Assembly (NCBI GenBank): GCA_951406725.2
Contig: OX597826.1
Coordinates: 57,908,001 to 57,972,000 of the forward strand
DNA from: Octopus vulgaris
Lineage: Eukaryota
Length of the DNA stretch: 64,000 bases
Reading direction: 5' to 3'
Made by a program: the position numbers and the translations under genes. The notes under the pieces were generated by a model, which saw only the letters and a list, made by a program, of their open reading frames with translations, searched no databases and had not been told where the DNA came from. Positions 24,946 through 38,600 of the stretch are shown piece by piece. Positions within the stretch are counted from its first letter, which is position 1. Each line of letters opens with the position of its first letter.

Positions 24946-25353
24946 CTCTTTTACTCATTTACTCTTTTACTTGTTTCAGTCATTTGACTGCGGCCATGCT
25001 GGAGCACCGCCTTTAGTCGAGCAAATCGACCCCGGGACTTATTCTTTGTAAGCCCAGTACTTATTCTATCGGTCTCTTTTGCCGAACCGCTAAGTGACGG
25101 GGACGTAAACATACCTGCATCGGTTGTCAAGCAATGCTAGGGAGACAACCACAGACACACACATATATATATATATGTATATATATATACATCTATACGA
25201 CAGGCTTCTTTTCAGTTTCCATCTACCAAATCCACTCACAAGGCATTGGTCGGCCCGGGGCTATAGCAGAAGACACCTGCCCAAGGTGCCACGCAGTGGG
25301 ACTGAACCCGGAACCATGTGGTTGGTTAGCAAGCTACTTACCACACAGCCACT
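24946..25353 (-). mobile_element. SINE family A
   Basis: Reverse-complement match to the family. Confidence 0.9.
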
Positions 25354-25536
25354 AAGACAAGAAACAAAACCATTGGAATTTATTTATATTCCCTGTTGTA
25401 GTTTCTTGAAAAACAAAAGGGAGAAGCTAAAGTACAATTGCAAAGGTATTTGAGTATGAGTGACCACATGTGACCGAATGTATGTGCACACAGTCGGTGT
25501 GTTGCCCTGCTAGTTTGGATACGAGTACACTAGAAT

Positions 25537-25925
25537 GGATGGAAGCACTCCGTCGGTTACGACGACGAGGGTTCCGGTTGATCCGATCAACGGAACAGCC
25601 TGCTCGTGAAATTAACGTGTAAGTGGCTGAGCACTCCACAGACACATGTCCCCCTTAACGTTAGTTCTCGGGAAGATTCAGCGTGACACAGAGAGTGACA
25701 AGGCCGGCCCCCTTGAAATACAGGTACAACAGAAACAGGAAGAAAGAGTGAGAGAAAGTTGTGGTGAAAGAGTACAGCAGGGATTACCACCATCCCCTGC
25801 CGGAGACTCGTGGAGCTTTTAGGTGTTTTCGCTCAATAAACACTCACAACGCCCGGTCTGGGAATCGAAAACGCGATCCTACGACCGCGAGTCTGCTGTC
25901 CTAACCACTGGGCCATTGCGCCTCC
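25537..25925 (-). mobile_element. tRNA-derived SINE, family D, full length, with 10-bp TSD
   Basis: Minus-strand head GGAGGCGCAATGGCCCAGTGGTTAGG...TTCGATTCCC (A/B boxes). ACACTAGAAT at 25527-25536 and 25926-25935. Confidence 0.88.
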
Positions 25926-26573
25926 ACACTAGAATACGCATGAGTGCGCGTTGTGAGTAGTTATGTGTGTGTGTGTGTGTGAATGAGTAAGTATGAGTGT
26001 ATATTGAAATAAAGCTTGCACTTTGCGTAATAAATATATCACACTGAGCGATAGAATCGGAAATCCGTGACACCAGTATAAATATGTATATTAACAATGA
26101 AGCTTATTTAGTCACAACTATTTCCCTAATCATTCACAAAAACTGACATCTGTGGATTACGGAGATATTATACAGGCAGTTCAGAGAGCGAGAAGTAAGC
26201 AAAGTTTATGATATGACAAAACTCGAAGCTTGATGGTGAAATGATATAATCGACAGCACTAGTTGGCCACAATTGTTCTTCTAAATGCACAAGCACGTAC
26301 ACAGTGCGGGTGCAAATGTTTGTGTGTGTGTGGCGTGTGCGTGCGTTCACGCTTTCGCTGGTGCCACGCTTTCTCTAATTTTTTAAGGTGTGCTTATGCA
26401 GCCGCGAGCAGACATCGGCTCGGTACTCCCACTCTTCATCCGGCGGAACGTCGCAGATGTGACAGCTCGAAGGAGAGAGAACAGCACCAGCTGAGTGGAT
26501 TGAAAGAAAAAAAAAAGCATGAAATTATGTGCCTTGCCCAAGGATACACAACACGCAACTTGGTCCAGAAAAG

Positions 26574-26801
26574 TATTTCTTTACTACCCACAGGGGGCTA
26601 AACATAGAGGGGTCAAACAAGGACCGACAAAGGGTTTAAAGTCGACTACATCGACCCCAGTGCGTAACTGGTACTTATTTAATCGACCCCGAAAGGATGA
26701 AAGGCAAAGTCGACCTCGGCGGAATTTGAACTCAGAACGTAACGCAGACGAAATACCGCTAAGCATTTCGCCCGGCTTACTAACGTTTCTGCCAGCTCGC
26801 C
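26574..26801 (-). mobile_element. SINE family B, inserted into an older D-like SINE (about 26485-26850)
   Basis: Family B match. Flanks CCAGCTGAGTGGA..GTGCCTTGCCCAAGGATAC and CACGGTCTCATGATTGTAAG resemble the D-like copies at 30.8 and 42.8 kb. Confidence 0.85.
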
Positions 26802-27762
26802 AGGAAATGAGCCCACGGTCTCATGATTGTAAGCCCAATACCATAACAACGTACCTTCACACATACACACTCACACGCACTAACTTATTATTGGGTAGTA
26901 GAGTGGGTACTGAGGATTTCGTCTCCATGTGTGCAAAGAATAAGAGCATCCTGTTCACAGAAGTCACTTGAACGAGAAAGGAGTAAAATAAAATGGCCTA
27001 ACTGGTATATGAAACTTAACACAAAGCTTTGTGCTTGTTATCATTTTAAGGAAGATTGCATGCAATCGCGTGTTTGTTGCACAACTTAACGTAGGTGTAT
27101 TTTTGGCGGTTGCGTTTTGAATATACCATTTGAAAAGAAAGTATTTTTACAGTGGTATCTTTCGTGTTTAGTGTTCAAACTCCGCACAGAGATAAGTAAT
27201 AAATGACGTTAATCCATCTACAAATCGAAACTAGCTTACGGTACACATTTGCTGAGCAAAATGTTCGATAAAATCATAGCCAATAAGAATTTATGCCTCA
27301 GCAGGTCTTGAAAAAATACATTGAATTAAAGCAATGTGGAAAGAGGTCTTCGACATTAAGGCGACAGGAATCTTGAGAAATACGATAAATAAGTTCAGTT
27401 CGAAGATTACAGGTGAAATTTTTACTTCTTTGATCTAATATTGAAGTTTTGTTTGTACTGATATTCTAGAAATACAATGAAAGGATGAATGAATGATTTC
27501 GATCTTTAGTCTGGTTTCTGAAAGTGGCACCAATTCTCTAGAGTTGAGAAAGATTAGTTGATTAGCACACCAAAGTCTGTTTATTTATTTTTTTTTTTGT
27601 TTTAGTAAGTGTAGTTTAAACCTTTGTAGTTGGTATTGTGTATGGCTTTATCAATAAGGGTTGTGTAGCATTATATGGAAACGTAGCATTTATTGTGGTA
27701 CCACGTGACTGCAAGGGTACAGCTATGTATATATGCATTTACGTATGTTGTGTGTATACATA

Positions 27763-27967
27763 CGAAGGAGAGCTGAAAAGTTCATGGCTTTGGGTAAAAG
27801 AAAATACAGGAAGATCAGTTAATTAGGATTTTCCCATCATATCCCACTCTCAGAATTACACACCTATTGCAGCGGCACTAAGCCCTGTAAAAGAACTCGA
27901 AATGTTGAGCCACCAACCAGGCCTTTCGTGACATCCTTAAAGCCAGGAACTTTTCAGCACCCCCTCG
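27763..27967. mobile_element. Mariner-type MITE (same family as 12583-12796)
   Basis: CGAAGGAGAGCTGAAAAGTTC ... GAACTTTTCAGCACCCCCTCG, with shared internal sequence. Confidence 0.8.
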
Positions 27968-27979
27968 TGTATGTGTGTA

Positions 27980-28044
<65 letters not shown>

Positions 28045-28164
28045 GAGTGAGTAAAATTTGTGGATTGGCAAAATCGTCAGAGTCCAATAAATTTTTGTAA
28101 CTTCTTGCGGAACCCCTGGACTGTACTGGCGGAACCCTGGTTGAAAACCACTGAGATATACTAA

Positions 28165-28539
28165 GGAGATGAAACGTAAAAGAGAAACCGATTTTGGTTG
28201 GTTTCTGAATGCTTCAAAATAATTCGACACTAAATTAGCGTCTCTGTAAATAAATTGGCTATATTAAAGACAGTCCATTGTCCAAAAGTTCTAGATCTCA
28301 ATGATGTGAAGGAAAAATTATGCCAATCCACATCCAACACTGATGAGGGGATGCTCCAACGCACATGGTCAGAAATTGAACATTGACAAGATGTGTTGCG
28401 TGCAACTAATAGAGGCCACATATCTGTGTTCTCATGTTTCTAAATAAAACTCAGTTTGCCTATGCTTTCCAATAAACACTGCTAAGTTAGCCTTATTTTT
28501 CATTTTCCTCAGAATTTTTCAAATTGGAAAGGATATCCT
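28165..28539 (+). mobile_element. Tc1/mariner transposase 3' relic
   Basis: Translates (with frameshifts) to ...DLNDVKEKL...DEGMLQRTWSEIEH*QDVLRATNRGHI and ends ...ATCCTG|TA. The first ~95 bp recur at 36213-36309. Confidence 0.65.
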
Positions 28540-28560
28540 GTACGCAAACTCATATAAATA

Positions 28561-28805
28561 TACACATAGACATACATATCTACTTTATATAGATAGATAG
28601 ATATGTATGTCTATACACATAGACATACATGTCTACTTTATATAGATAGATATGTATGTCTATACACATAGACATACATATCTACTTTATATAGATAGAT
28701 ATGTATGTCTATACACATAGACATACATGTCTACTTTATATAGATAGATATGTATGTCTATACACATAGACATACATATCTACTTTATATAGATAGATAG
28801 ACATA
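28561..28805. repeat. Minisatellite of ~5 x 49-bp self-complementary units
   Basis: Units start at 28561, 28614, 28663, 28712 and 28761. Each complete unit contains ATAGACATACAT(A/G)TCTA and TAGATATGTATGTCTAT; the fifth is truncated. Confidence 0.9.
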
Positions 28806-29096
28806 CACAAAAACACACGAGCTGATAGACGTACTCAATATACATACAGATATCTAATAATGCACTCAAGTTTAAAAAATGCTAGTTTGAAACCAGTAGA
28901 TGTCTTTTCAAAAACATTTCCCGCAATAACTTTTCTCCATGAATTCTTTGCTCACCACATTGGATGTGTGATATGTATGTATATGGGGAGGGGATTTTTC
29001 TTACTTTTTGTTTTCCTAAACACTCTAAGAAAAAATATATATTTACTATCGATGTGTTATAATTATACACGCAAACACACACACATATTTATACGT

Positions 29097-29161
<65 letters not shown>

Positions 29162-30139
29162 CACGCAAATGGAAGATACATACCCACTTTTATACACATC
29201 TTCCACTTGCTTGATAGAAATAATGTCTTGTTAAGTGAGAAATTATTTACGCAGTAACACGTTTAAGGGTGCATTCCGCCAAAATACTTGGTGTCGGCGA
29301 AATTGAGTTAGTGACCGAAGAAAGTTGACGATTGTTTATTCTTCTTTAGTTTTATCTTATTTCTATATTTGTTGTCTATTGTTGTTTTTAGTGTATGTAA
29401 AAAAAATGGCAACACTAGACAGCATGCTGGTTTTAATTTTAATACATATCAAATCTAATTCGGTATTATGTGTGTGTGTGTGTGTGTGTATGTGTGTGCA
29501 TATGTATGAGTGTGTTTTCTATATGTATGAGTGTGTGTTTTCTATATGTGTGAGAAGCATTTAACACCTAATTCATAACTAGAGTTATTAAGCATAAAAG
29601 TGGAGGATGGGGTGTAACACATACCATGTGTGACAGTTGCCAGGCCTAGGAGATAATAAATGTGTATGTTGGCTAATAATTTATATAATCCGAAGCTATG
29701 TCTAGAAAAAAAAAAAATTCCCTGGAAACAAAAATAAAAACGTAACGAAGAATAGTAAGCATCTTTTCTTTTTTTACCTTTTGTGTGATTTCTTTCTTTG
29801 TCCAAAGCTAACAAATATACCTACAGCGTCCAATTTATTACACACAAGTCGAGATAGAGGGAATCTTGAGAATCGGGAATAAGGCGGATCGATTGGAAGT
29901 TAGGCTACCGGTTGATGGTTCGTATCTTGTCTTAAGCGACACAGTGTGAACTTAACCATTCATTCACTGTCACTCTCTCACAGCTATAAGTCATGACGAG
30001 ACTCAGTATACGGATTTTTTTTTTGTTTCTTTCTTTCTAGTATATAATAACACTAGATAAACTCCGATCAAGCAGAATATCAAAACATGGTGAACTATGG
30101 ACCATTCCATTCTTATTTTAGAAGACATTATCCAATATC

Positions 30140-30561
30140 CTCTTTTTCTCTTTTTCATCTTTTTCTTGTTTCAGTCATTTGACTGTGGCCATGCTGGAGC
30201 ACCGCCCTTTAGTCGAGCAACTCGACCCCGGGACTTATTCTTTTTGTATGCCTAGTACTTATTATATCGGTCTATTTTGCCGAACCGCTAGGTGGCGGGG
30301 ACATAAACACACCAGCATCGGTTGTCAAGCAATGCTAGGGGGACAAACACAGACACACAAATATACATGCACACACACATATATATATATATATACATAT
30401 ATATACATATATACGACAGGCTTCTTTCAGTTTCCATCTACCAAATCCACTCACAAGGCTTTGGTCGGCCCGAGGCTATAGTTGAAGACACTTGTCCAAG
30501 GTGCCACGCAGTGGGACTGAACCCGGAACCATGTGGTTGGTAAGCAAGCTACTTACCACAC
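30140..30561 (-). mobile_element. SINE family A
   Basis: Family match. Confidence 0.9.
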
Positions 30562-30749
30562 TTTTTTTCGTATTCGAAATTTACTCCCGTTGTTCTCTTT
30601 AATTATAGTTTATTATAATTAGACACTAATATAATTGGTAACTTGCATGGATAGGAGAAATACATTATGCCCTTGGCAAGGACTTTAGTGGTGTGTAATA
30701 AGTGAAATTTCTCGAACTGGGAATCGAAACCAGGGGCTTGTTTCCTGCT

Positions 30750-30920
30750 TCTCCGTAGTTATCAGGGAGATTCAGCATGGCACAAAATGTGGCAGGGCTG
30801 ACCCTTTGAAATACAAGTACCACTCATTTTTGCCAGCTCAGTGGACTGGAGCAACGTGAAATAAAGTGTCTTATTCGAGGGCGGCACAACGCGCCGCCAG
30901 TAATCGAATTCCTGACCTTA
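30750..30920 (-). mobile_element. Old D-like SINE fragment
   Basis: CCTTTGAAATACAAGTAC...GCCAGCTCAGTGGACTGGAGCAACGTGAAATAAAGTGTCTT. Confidence 0.6.
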
Positions 30921-31617
30921 TTTTAGAAGACATTAAAACTTCAATTCAAAACGGTCCCAAATACTTGACGACATCGCGAGGATAACAACTAATTTAGATC
31001 CCTGTGGAATGGAGCGGGACAGGAAATGAAATCAGAAAAGAGACGGAACTTATATTGCCCAGCATTGAACCGTCATGCCAATCTATCGCCTACTTCTATC
31101 TCTAGAATAACATTTGTGAAATGTTACAGCGCTTAATAGTTGAAGACTGTTAAAAAGAAACACAGGCGAGAGGCTTGAAAGTTTTTATCACATCTAAAAT
31201 ATGTATTTTAAAATAATTTACAGAATAAAACCTGTTTTATAATTGTATAAAATATGTTATACATATTTTATAACAATATATTTTACTCGTTTAAAAAAAA
31301 TAATAATAATTTCAACACGTGAGACAAAACACCCAAGAACACATCTGGTCCAGATTAAGCGCAACCAACAAGTCTGATTTTCCCATAAACAAACAAAGAA
31401 TTAAAAATAAATAAATATATTAGCAAACTGCTTAGATTAAATGACCAAGATAATAACGAGCCAAGTCAGTTTATAAACTTATCAACACCAGCTCTTAACA
31501 TGTACAAATGGAATCACTCTCAGTTCCAAATATTGTCTGTTGTAAAGAAAAAAGTGGCGAGGCTTTATTCGTTTTTTTTTTTTTTTTTTTTTTAGTACGT
31601 GAAGGCACGTACTTAAT

Positions 31618-31799
31618 GGTGGCGGCGAGCTGGCAGAAACGTTAGCACGCCGGGCGAAATGCGTAGTCATATTTCGTCTGCCGTTACGTTCTGAGTTCAA
31701 ATTCCGCCGAGGTCGACTTTGCCTTTCATCCTTTCGGGGTCGATAAAGTAAGTACCAGTTACGCACTGGGGTCGATATAATCGACTTAATCCGTTTGTC
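31618..31799 (+). mobile_element. SINE family B, 3'-truncated
   Basis: Family match. Confidence 0.85.
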
Positions 31800-32074
31800 A
31801 GTTCCAAGTACCTTTTATACCCTTTTCTCTGCTCGTGAGCTGCATCGATAGTCGGGCAACTGACACTGGTGTTGTTTCCCCTGCTTCTATGTTCTTGTCG
31901 GTGCAACACACAAACACATTTAATATCCGGTGACACGCCCGTATGATTGTGAATAAGCTTCCAGAAAATAATGAACTATTGTATTTATATATACAATACA
32001 ATATTTTTCTCTCGTTAGTATACCTAAACGCACACACATCGTGGAAAATATTATGCTTATCCATGACATTATTC

Positions 32075-32443
32075 GGATCTTTTCCTTTTGAACGGCATAT
32101 GTCAACACAATTTCTAGTTAACTAAACACTTTTAAACTTCGTATACTGGTAGAATGTGTTTATAAAGCATAATTTTTTCTTGGCTTTATTGAGAAAATTC
32201 TATAGTTCGTAACATATTTCCACTTTAAAATCGAGCATTTCGGCAATTTTAACCAATCAAATACGTCCATTTGGAGTGAAACCATACAGTGCTGTATGAA
32301 TATGTCCCTCGTTTAAGAAACAGATTGGGTTTATTTACATTTGCGAAGAAAAAAAGATACCTTTCCCCCACCCCTAACCCTAACCATAACCGTAACCATA
32401 ACTCTAAACCTAACCCTAAAATAGATTGAAATGCAATTGATCG
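32075..32443 (-). mobile_element. Second copy of the Merlin-like MITE, with one canonical end and an 8-bp TSD
   Basis: Largely the reverse complement of 24330-24677. CATTATTC at 32067-32074 and 32444-32451. Confidence 0.82.
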
Positions 32444-32639
32444 CATTATTCCTATATTACCGGTAATCGGAATTATATATACAGTAAATTATAACCATTT
32501 GAAATATTCAAACACACTTTAGGTCAGAACAGCAGAGGTACATACAAAATAAGTAATCTTATAACCACCCAATATTTTCTTATACACAATCAAATATAAA
32601 TTGAGTTACATTAGATATTCATATTCTAGGTCAATTTCG

Positions 32640-32925
32640 TCGTGTGACGTGCGATGTCAATCTCTTGAAGTCCTTCCCGTACGACTTTAGTCTCTCTCGT
32701 CTTGTAACGTACGTCAGTATGAGCGAAAACAAAATGAGGAATCTACTTTTCGTCGATTTTCTGATAAAATTACAACTCTTTGGTGATTTCTCACACATTT
32801 TGTAACTAGGTGCAAAATCACGTGATGTTATGACGTTGCATTTCTGCATACTTTCACGCATACAATTTAGTATCTTTATTGGAAACTGAAGATGTCTACT
32901 CAGTAAACGAAATTGTCACGTAACT
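32640..32925. promoter_or_regulatory. Candidate cis-regulatory module: CpG-rich cluster of ACGT-core motifs
   Basis: TGACGTG 32645, TACGTCA 32710, TCACGTGA 32818, TGACGTT 32831, GTCACGTAA 32915. Confidence 0.3.
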
Positions 32926-33816
32926 TCAGCCATAAAACGCGATATTGGTTATTTTATAGAGGGACAAAAATAGATACATCTCTCTCACGCCCCACAGAAA
33001 GTAACCTTTTCTATCTAAATCGTTCGTTTTCGCTTTATATCAGTTCGGAGAGATGTTAAAGAAAGACTTTTGTTACTAATAATTTTTATGGTCTTTTCCT
33101 TTCCAAGCCAGGCAATGGAATATAGATTTGATATATTAAAAAAAAAAGGAAAGAAAACATTTTTTTTTTTGCTGAAGACATTCCAGTTTGAGAAGAGTGA
33201 AGTATAAAAATAAAAAAAAGGAGGTGGAGTTTTATCCGTAATCATTTTCTAAATGACAAATTGCATGTGTTTGTACATGTATGTGTGTGAGTCAGAGAAT
33301 GTGTTTGGGTGATGCAATACGATGTGGTAGAGGGAATAATAGAGGTGAGGTTACAATCTGTTTAACTCATTTGCATCAAACCATAACGATTATTTTCTCC
33401 CGAGCAGAAAAGTTTTATATACCAAGTCCATGAGTATACGTTGCTTTTTTTTATATATAATCCAGTTCTTATATCCTTTTTTTTTTTTTTTTTTGTGAAA
33501 CGTATCCCCAATTCTGACAGAAAAGAAAGGCTGGACCTATAAGCGGATAAGTATTTTGTAATATAAAGAAAAGAAAATAAACACAAGGAAACCTGTAAAG
33601 GCGCGAGAGTTTGCAGGCGGTAGCTAAGTTCATTTCGTCTAACATTCTAGGTTTATTTACTTCAAACCACAACCTGATTTCCTTCAGTTTACTGCGTTTT
33701 CCTTTTACATTTTGATAATACGCTAAAACATCTTGAACGCGTTACACACACACGCAGAGTATTTGTGACGATGACAATGTGTATGTTTTATTTCAATGCC
33801 TGGTACTGCATCAGGG

Positions 33817-33877
<61 letters not shown>

Positions 33878-35531
33878 TTAAGATTGTTTTGACAAATTAG
33901 AAAACAACTTTTTGAAGCCGTGACACAGAATGGAAACTGATGCGATTCAGCCATCTCTCCGTGCCACCACGATTAGATATTTTCTTTCTTTACCCAATTC
34001 GCTAATTAAAAGACAAACACAATGAGTGACTTGTTTCAAAGTGCTCGTATGAAGCACATGGCTATCTGCGCATGCACACACACACAGACTCCGATTATGT
34101 TACTGAACCTTGGTTAAGACTTTACACGGCAGATTTGCAGGTCAGTTTACCGTCACAACGCATTGTTCATTGCCAATGCCACCAGTGGTGATAAAATAGA
34201 ATAAATAAATAAAAACGACAGACAATAATCTGGATTTAAAATGCCCAGAGAGTACTTAAATATGCGACCAGACAGCCGGGGTATCACATCACTTGCAGTA
34301 TTATTATAAAATTACCACCAGTATCATCATTACTACTATTTCGTAATAAAGCCATTTACAGATATAACTCCTACAGTTTTGTTTCCCGTTGGGCTTCAGA
34401 CATGGTGGAACTAAGAATGTTTCCGAAGAATAATTTGGAAACAAGTAAGCTGTGGCAAGCTTTTGAATACATATTGCAAACGCACATCTTCCGTTATTCT
34501 AGTCATACATAAGACAGCGCTAATTGCTAGAAACAACACTTTCATTAGAAAACTAACATGTTAGCATACAAAGTATGAAAAAACGTATATGACACGAACT
34601 CATTGTAAGATTTATCGATTTCTACTACTGCAAAAAAAAGTTACTAATAAAGATAATTTCATCATACCTTATAAATATATTATGCTCAAGCACATATCTT
34701 GGGAAATATATTGCACGCTTATGCAGCAACATAATATTGTTATACGAAGTTATGTATGTAATAGGCAGATGATATACGCAACATACTAATATCTTTGTGT
34801 ACGCATGTACAGACATTCTAACAAAACCAGGCAAAATTCCATAGTTACTTGCCAAGATTCTTTTAATAGATTAGCAACGAGATTGAAAACCATTACTTTT
34901 GGAAGTTAACGCCAAAGTATTTAAACTCAACTAGTATATCTATGTCAAAAGCAACTCGACTTAATTCTAAATTCAAACATTTTTTTAAAGTAAATTTACA
35001 GTCTTTTCGTGAACACAGAGACTTAAAGAAAGCAACTAACTGCAACAAGTTCACTTATTCAAAATATAATGCATCTTATCTTTTTTTCAGATTCAAAGAC
35101 CAAAAAGATATAAAAGCTAAAATGTGCTAACTGATATCTCCCATCTTTATTTTCGTAGACTGCTAAGATACTAAACCAGTAATATAAATGAGCCAAAAAA
35201 AAAAAAAAAAAAAAAATGATAAAAAGGAAAAAGAATTAAAGAGAATTATTATCCTAATGCTTAATTGGATACGTTATGAACTACCAAACTGATGAAGAGC
35301 AAATTTTCAGGAAGAAAATTAAGACGATTTTCGGAAATAAAATCTCGTAAGTCAAATCGGAAACGGCTATATTAATATGCCTTCAACATATGGAAATGGT
35401 ATATTTTAAAGAGAAACATTTTTATTGGTCTCTTTCGGTATTAAAACTCAAATGAAGATAATTAACCAGACACGAGTTCATGATCCAATGTGTTTAGGAA
35501 AGAATGACTTTGACAAGAAAAAACACACATA

Positions 35532-35666
<135 letters not shown>

Positions 35667-38600
35667 ATACACACAAACACTGAAATCGAGCGCTCTCTAT
35701 GTAGAAAACAAAGAACTTCTAAATTTGTGGGAGATTGTGTTTATATATCATGAAATCGCAACAAAAGCAGCAATCCCAGTCTATTGGCGCCTAAAAAGAA
35801 GGCGTAGAATTGTCTATCATTAAACTGACTGGGTTTATAACAAAAACAAAACCTCAACAGCTGCCAAACTTTCGCTTCATTTCGTTTTAATACGCTCTTA
35901 TTTTTAGACAGACAACAGTGCTAAATAGCAGGCAAAGGAAAACTAGCAAAATGAAACCGGCCAAAGTTGACCCAAAAGATCACAAGGGAAAATAGCATAA
36001 ATACACATGTAGAAGAATTGTGTGGTGGTTTCGTGAATCCAAGCTAAGTAAAGTAATTACATCACAAAGGAATCAACTGAAAACGACAACAAAAACCAAT
36101 AAAGATATATACAAAAAAAAATTTGATTTCTATTCCATTCTATAACCTCTGTTGCCCATGTCTTTATCCTTCGAGTATTTCCTAAAACAGTTGGTAAAAT
36201 GCCGAGTTTTCTAGAGGTGAAAAGGTAAAAGAGAAACCGATTTGGTTGGTCTCTGAATGCTTCAGAATAATTCGACACTAAATTAGCGTATCTGTAAATA
36301 AATTGGCTAAATTCGAGAGAGAGAGAGAGAGAGAGAGAGGTAGAGAGAGAGAGAGAGAATATGTGTGCTGCGTGACTGTATGAAAGATGGAGGTGTTAAA
36401 TGCATCAGAGAGCTAGAAAGAATATTGGAGGTTAAGAGGTGGATAATAGTTTGTGTGTATGTATGTGCGTGTATATATATATATATATATATTATACACA
36501 CGCATAATGTTTGTGTGGAAATAGGCTTCAAGTTCTCTCTAGTAAAGAATGGAAATCTTCGATTGTTGATCCAATGTTGGCAGCTAACAGGTTCATTTCT
36601 GTCTTTCCAAGACAACAACAAAAATCATTTTTAGAGGGCACATATAGAAATTGACTTATCCAAGGGATTCAGTATTATTATAAAAGAAGAAAAAAAAAAC
36701 ATTACATTTACAAGAACACACACACACACACACACACACACACTTACTCTTAAGTAAACGAATATTTATCACGCATATTCAGTCGATTTATCATTCGCAT
36801 ATGCAAAGGGGAGTTGGCACAATGCCCATTATCTGTTGAACAACAAGGAGAGGAAGGGGGGAATTATCATCAAATACAACTGCAAAATAATGAAAAAGAA
36901 CACACACACACACACAAACAAAAACAATTATATTAAACTGAAGAGATTCTATATTTGCCCAATTGTCAAGTCTGAATCGATGGATTTGGTCAAACCAATA
37001 ACAAACTTTACAGATCGGTTATCTTTTTGTGTATCTTGTCAGGGAGTTAACAAGATAAACAGCTTAAATTCTCCACCTCATCCGTACTGACATTGCTAAC
37101 GAACGGTATGACGTTGTCCGTCACAAACATTGAGGAAGATTTTTATCAATTTTAGACACCAGCAATTGATAAAGTAACTATATATGCTTCACATAAATTT
37201 TCTACTGCGATCGCACGCGGGGGTGCATTGAAAGGCCACAGAGAAGCTTTGTAACAAGAAGATAGAAGCTCTTTCAATGTTTTGTTTTAGTAGCATGGGT
37301 GGGCAAATACATATGAATTCACCCCACCACCTACGGTTACCTTAAAGACTAATTAGCTGTACAAGATGGCGACATATGATTCGGGCGAGGTCTCGATTTA
37401 GCACGGTGGATGAACAGACAGAAAGATCTCGCCTTCCAAAACCTAATTAAAGTTACAGTTTAGCCAACTCTGACCGTTCGTTCGCCTGAGAAACAAGTGA
37501 TTGGTTTAAATAAACAAAGACTTGACATTACAACTTCTTAAGTCAATAATCACAGACAGCAAGTATCTAAAGTAAGGACAAGAAGACAAAGAAGAGAGAT
37601 TAGAATCGATTAACCCGATCCATATATATGTGTTATGAAAGGATAACAGAAAACTTGGGTGAGATTTGAACACAAGATTTCTCAGAAAGAAGTACTGAAC
37701 TTAATACTTTTTGATCCTGGTTAGCACTAATCAAAAATATTTATAATCGCATTAATACCGGTCTTTCTTTTCAATTTATTCTTTTTTTTTTTCACAGAGA
37801 GCGCATCTGTAAGTTATAAAATGTGTTACTGTTCTTCAAGTCAGTGCAGCACAAAGACACTCGTTGTATCGTCTGAAAACATGCTTTTTATGGAGGCAAC
37901 AATCCAGAGATGTAGTTTCCATTAGTTACATTAGGGACAAGAAACATACGTACAAGGTCGAGGCAATGATTTCAAAATGCTCCCTTGTGGAATCTACTCA
38001 AGAATTAGCGCTGCCCAACTCCAGTAATCTGATATGATAATTTATAACCTATGCGCATAGGGAGGTGAGAAGAAGATTAGAGAGTAAATTAATGAAGTGA
38101 ATCAACGAGAATTTGTCACCACATCATAACATTGGCTTGCGTCAGGAATCCCTAATGATATATATATATATATGTGTATATATATATATTGTACAGTACT
38201 GCGTCTTAAGAAGTACAAGAGTGGTCAGTAAGCTCGATTTTATTATATTTCACTTCTAATTTTCTTCATTTATGTAAGATGGAAAAAAAAAACCCTTTTT
38301 TCTTTAACCGTTTGGTGAGGAAGAGAAAAGCTGCGCCCATAGCCGATTTCTTCAGCACCTCTGTGACATGGGAGGGAAGAAGTTATTTTTATACCCGACA
38401 ACTAACACGAATGCTAACAGCAGAGTGAACTCTGCCAAAGTCACTCAAGGACCAGGTGGTTGTGGTTGTGGTGGTGGTGATAAACAGAGTGCTGAATTAA
38501 GAGTATCACCTAAGAGCCCAGAACACAAGAGACTGAACAAACAAGACTATCTCGCCCAACGCTCTAACAATTCTACATTCTGCCAATCAATCCATCGCTT

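Noticed and set aside
25855-25925. tRNA gene
   Set aside because: It has A/B boxes but no clean cloverleaf, and it is the head of a TSD-flanked SINE. The same applies to the family A and B heads.
28339-28350. Other CTGATGA motifs (also near 4700, 20025 and 35289) as hammerheads
   Set aside because: No stem II, GAAA and stem I arrangement follows them.
31246-31272. AT-rich hairpin ATAAAATATGT-TAT-ACATATTTTAT
   Set aside because: Short and low-complexity; expected by chance or from local template switching.
37362-37405. YY1-like CAAGATGGCG motif as a gene start
   Set aside because: The ATG frame closes after 11 codons, and a single motif is insufficient evidence.
38351-38370. REST/RE1-like TTCAGCACC motif
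   Set aside because: Only a half site, and REST is not established in molluscs.
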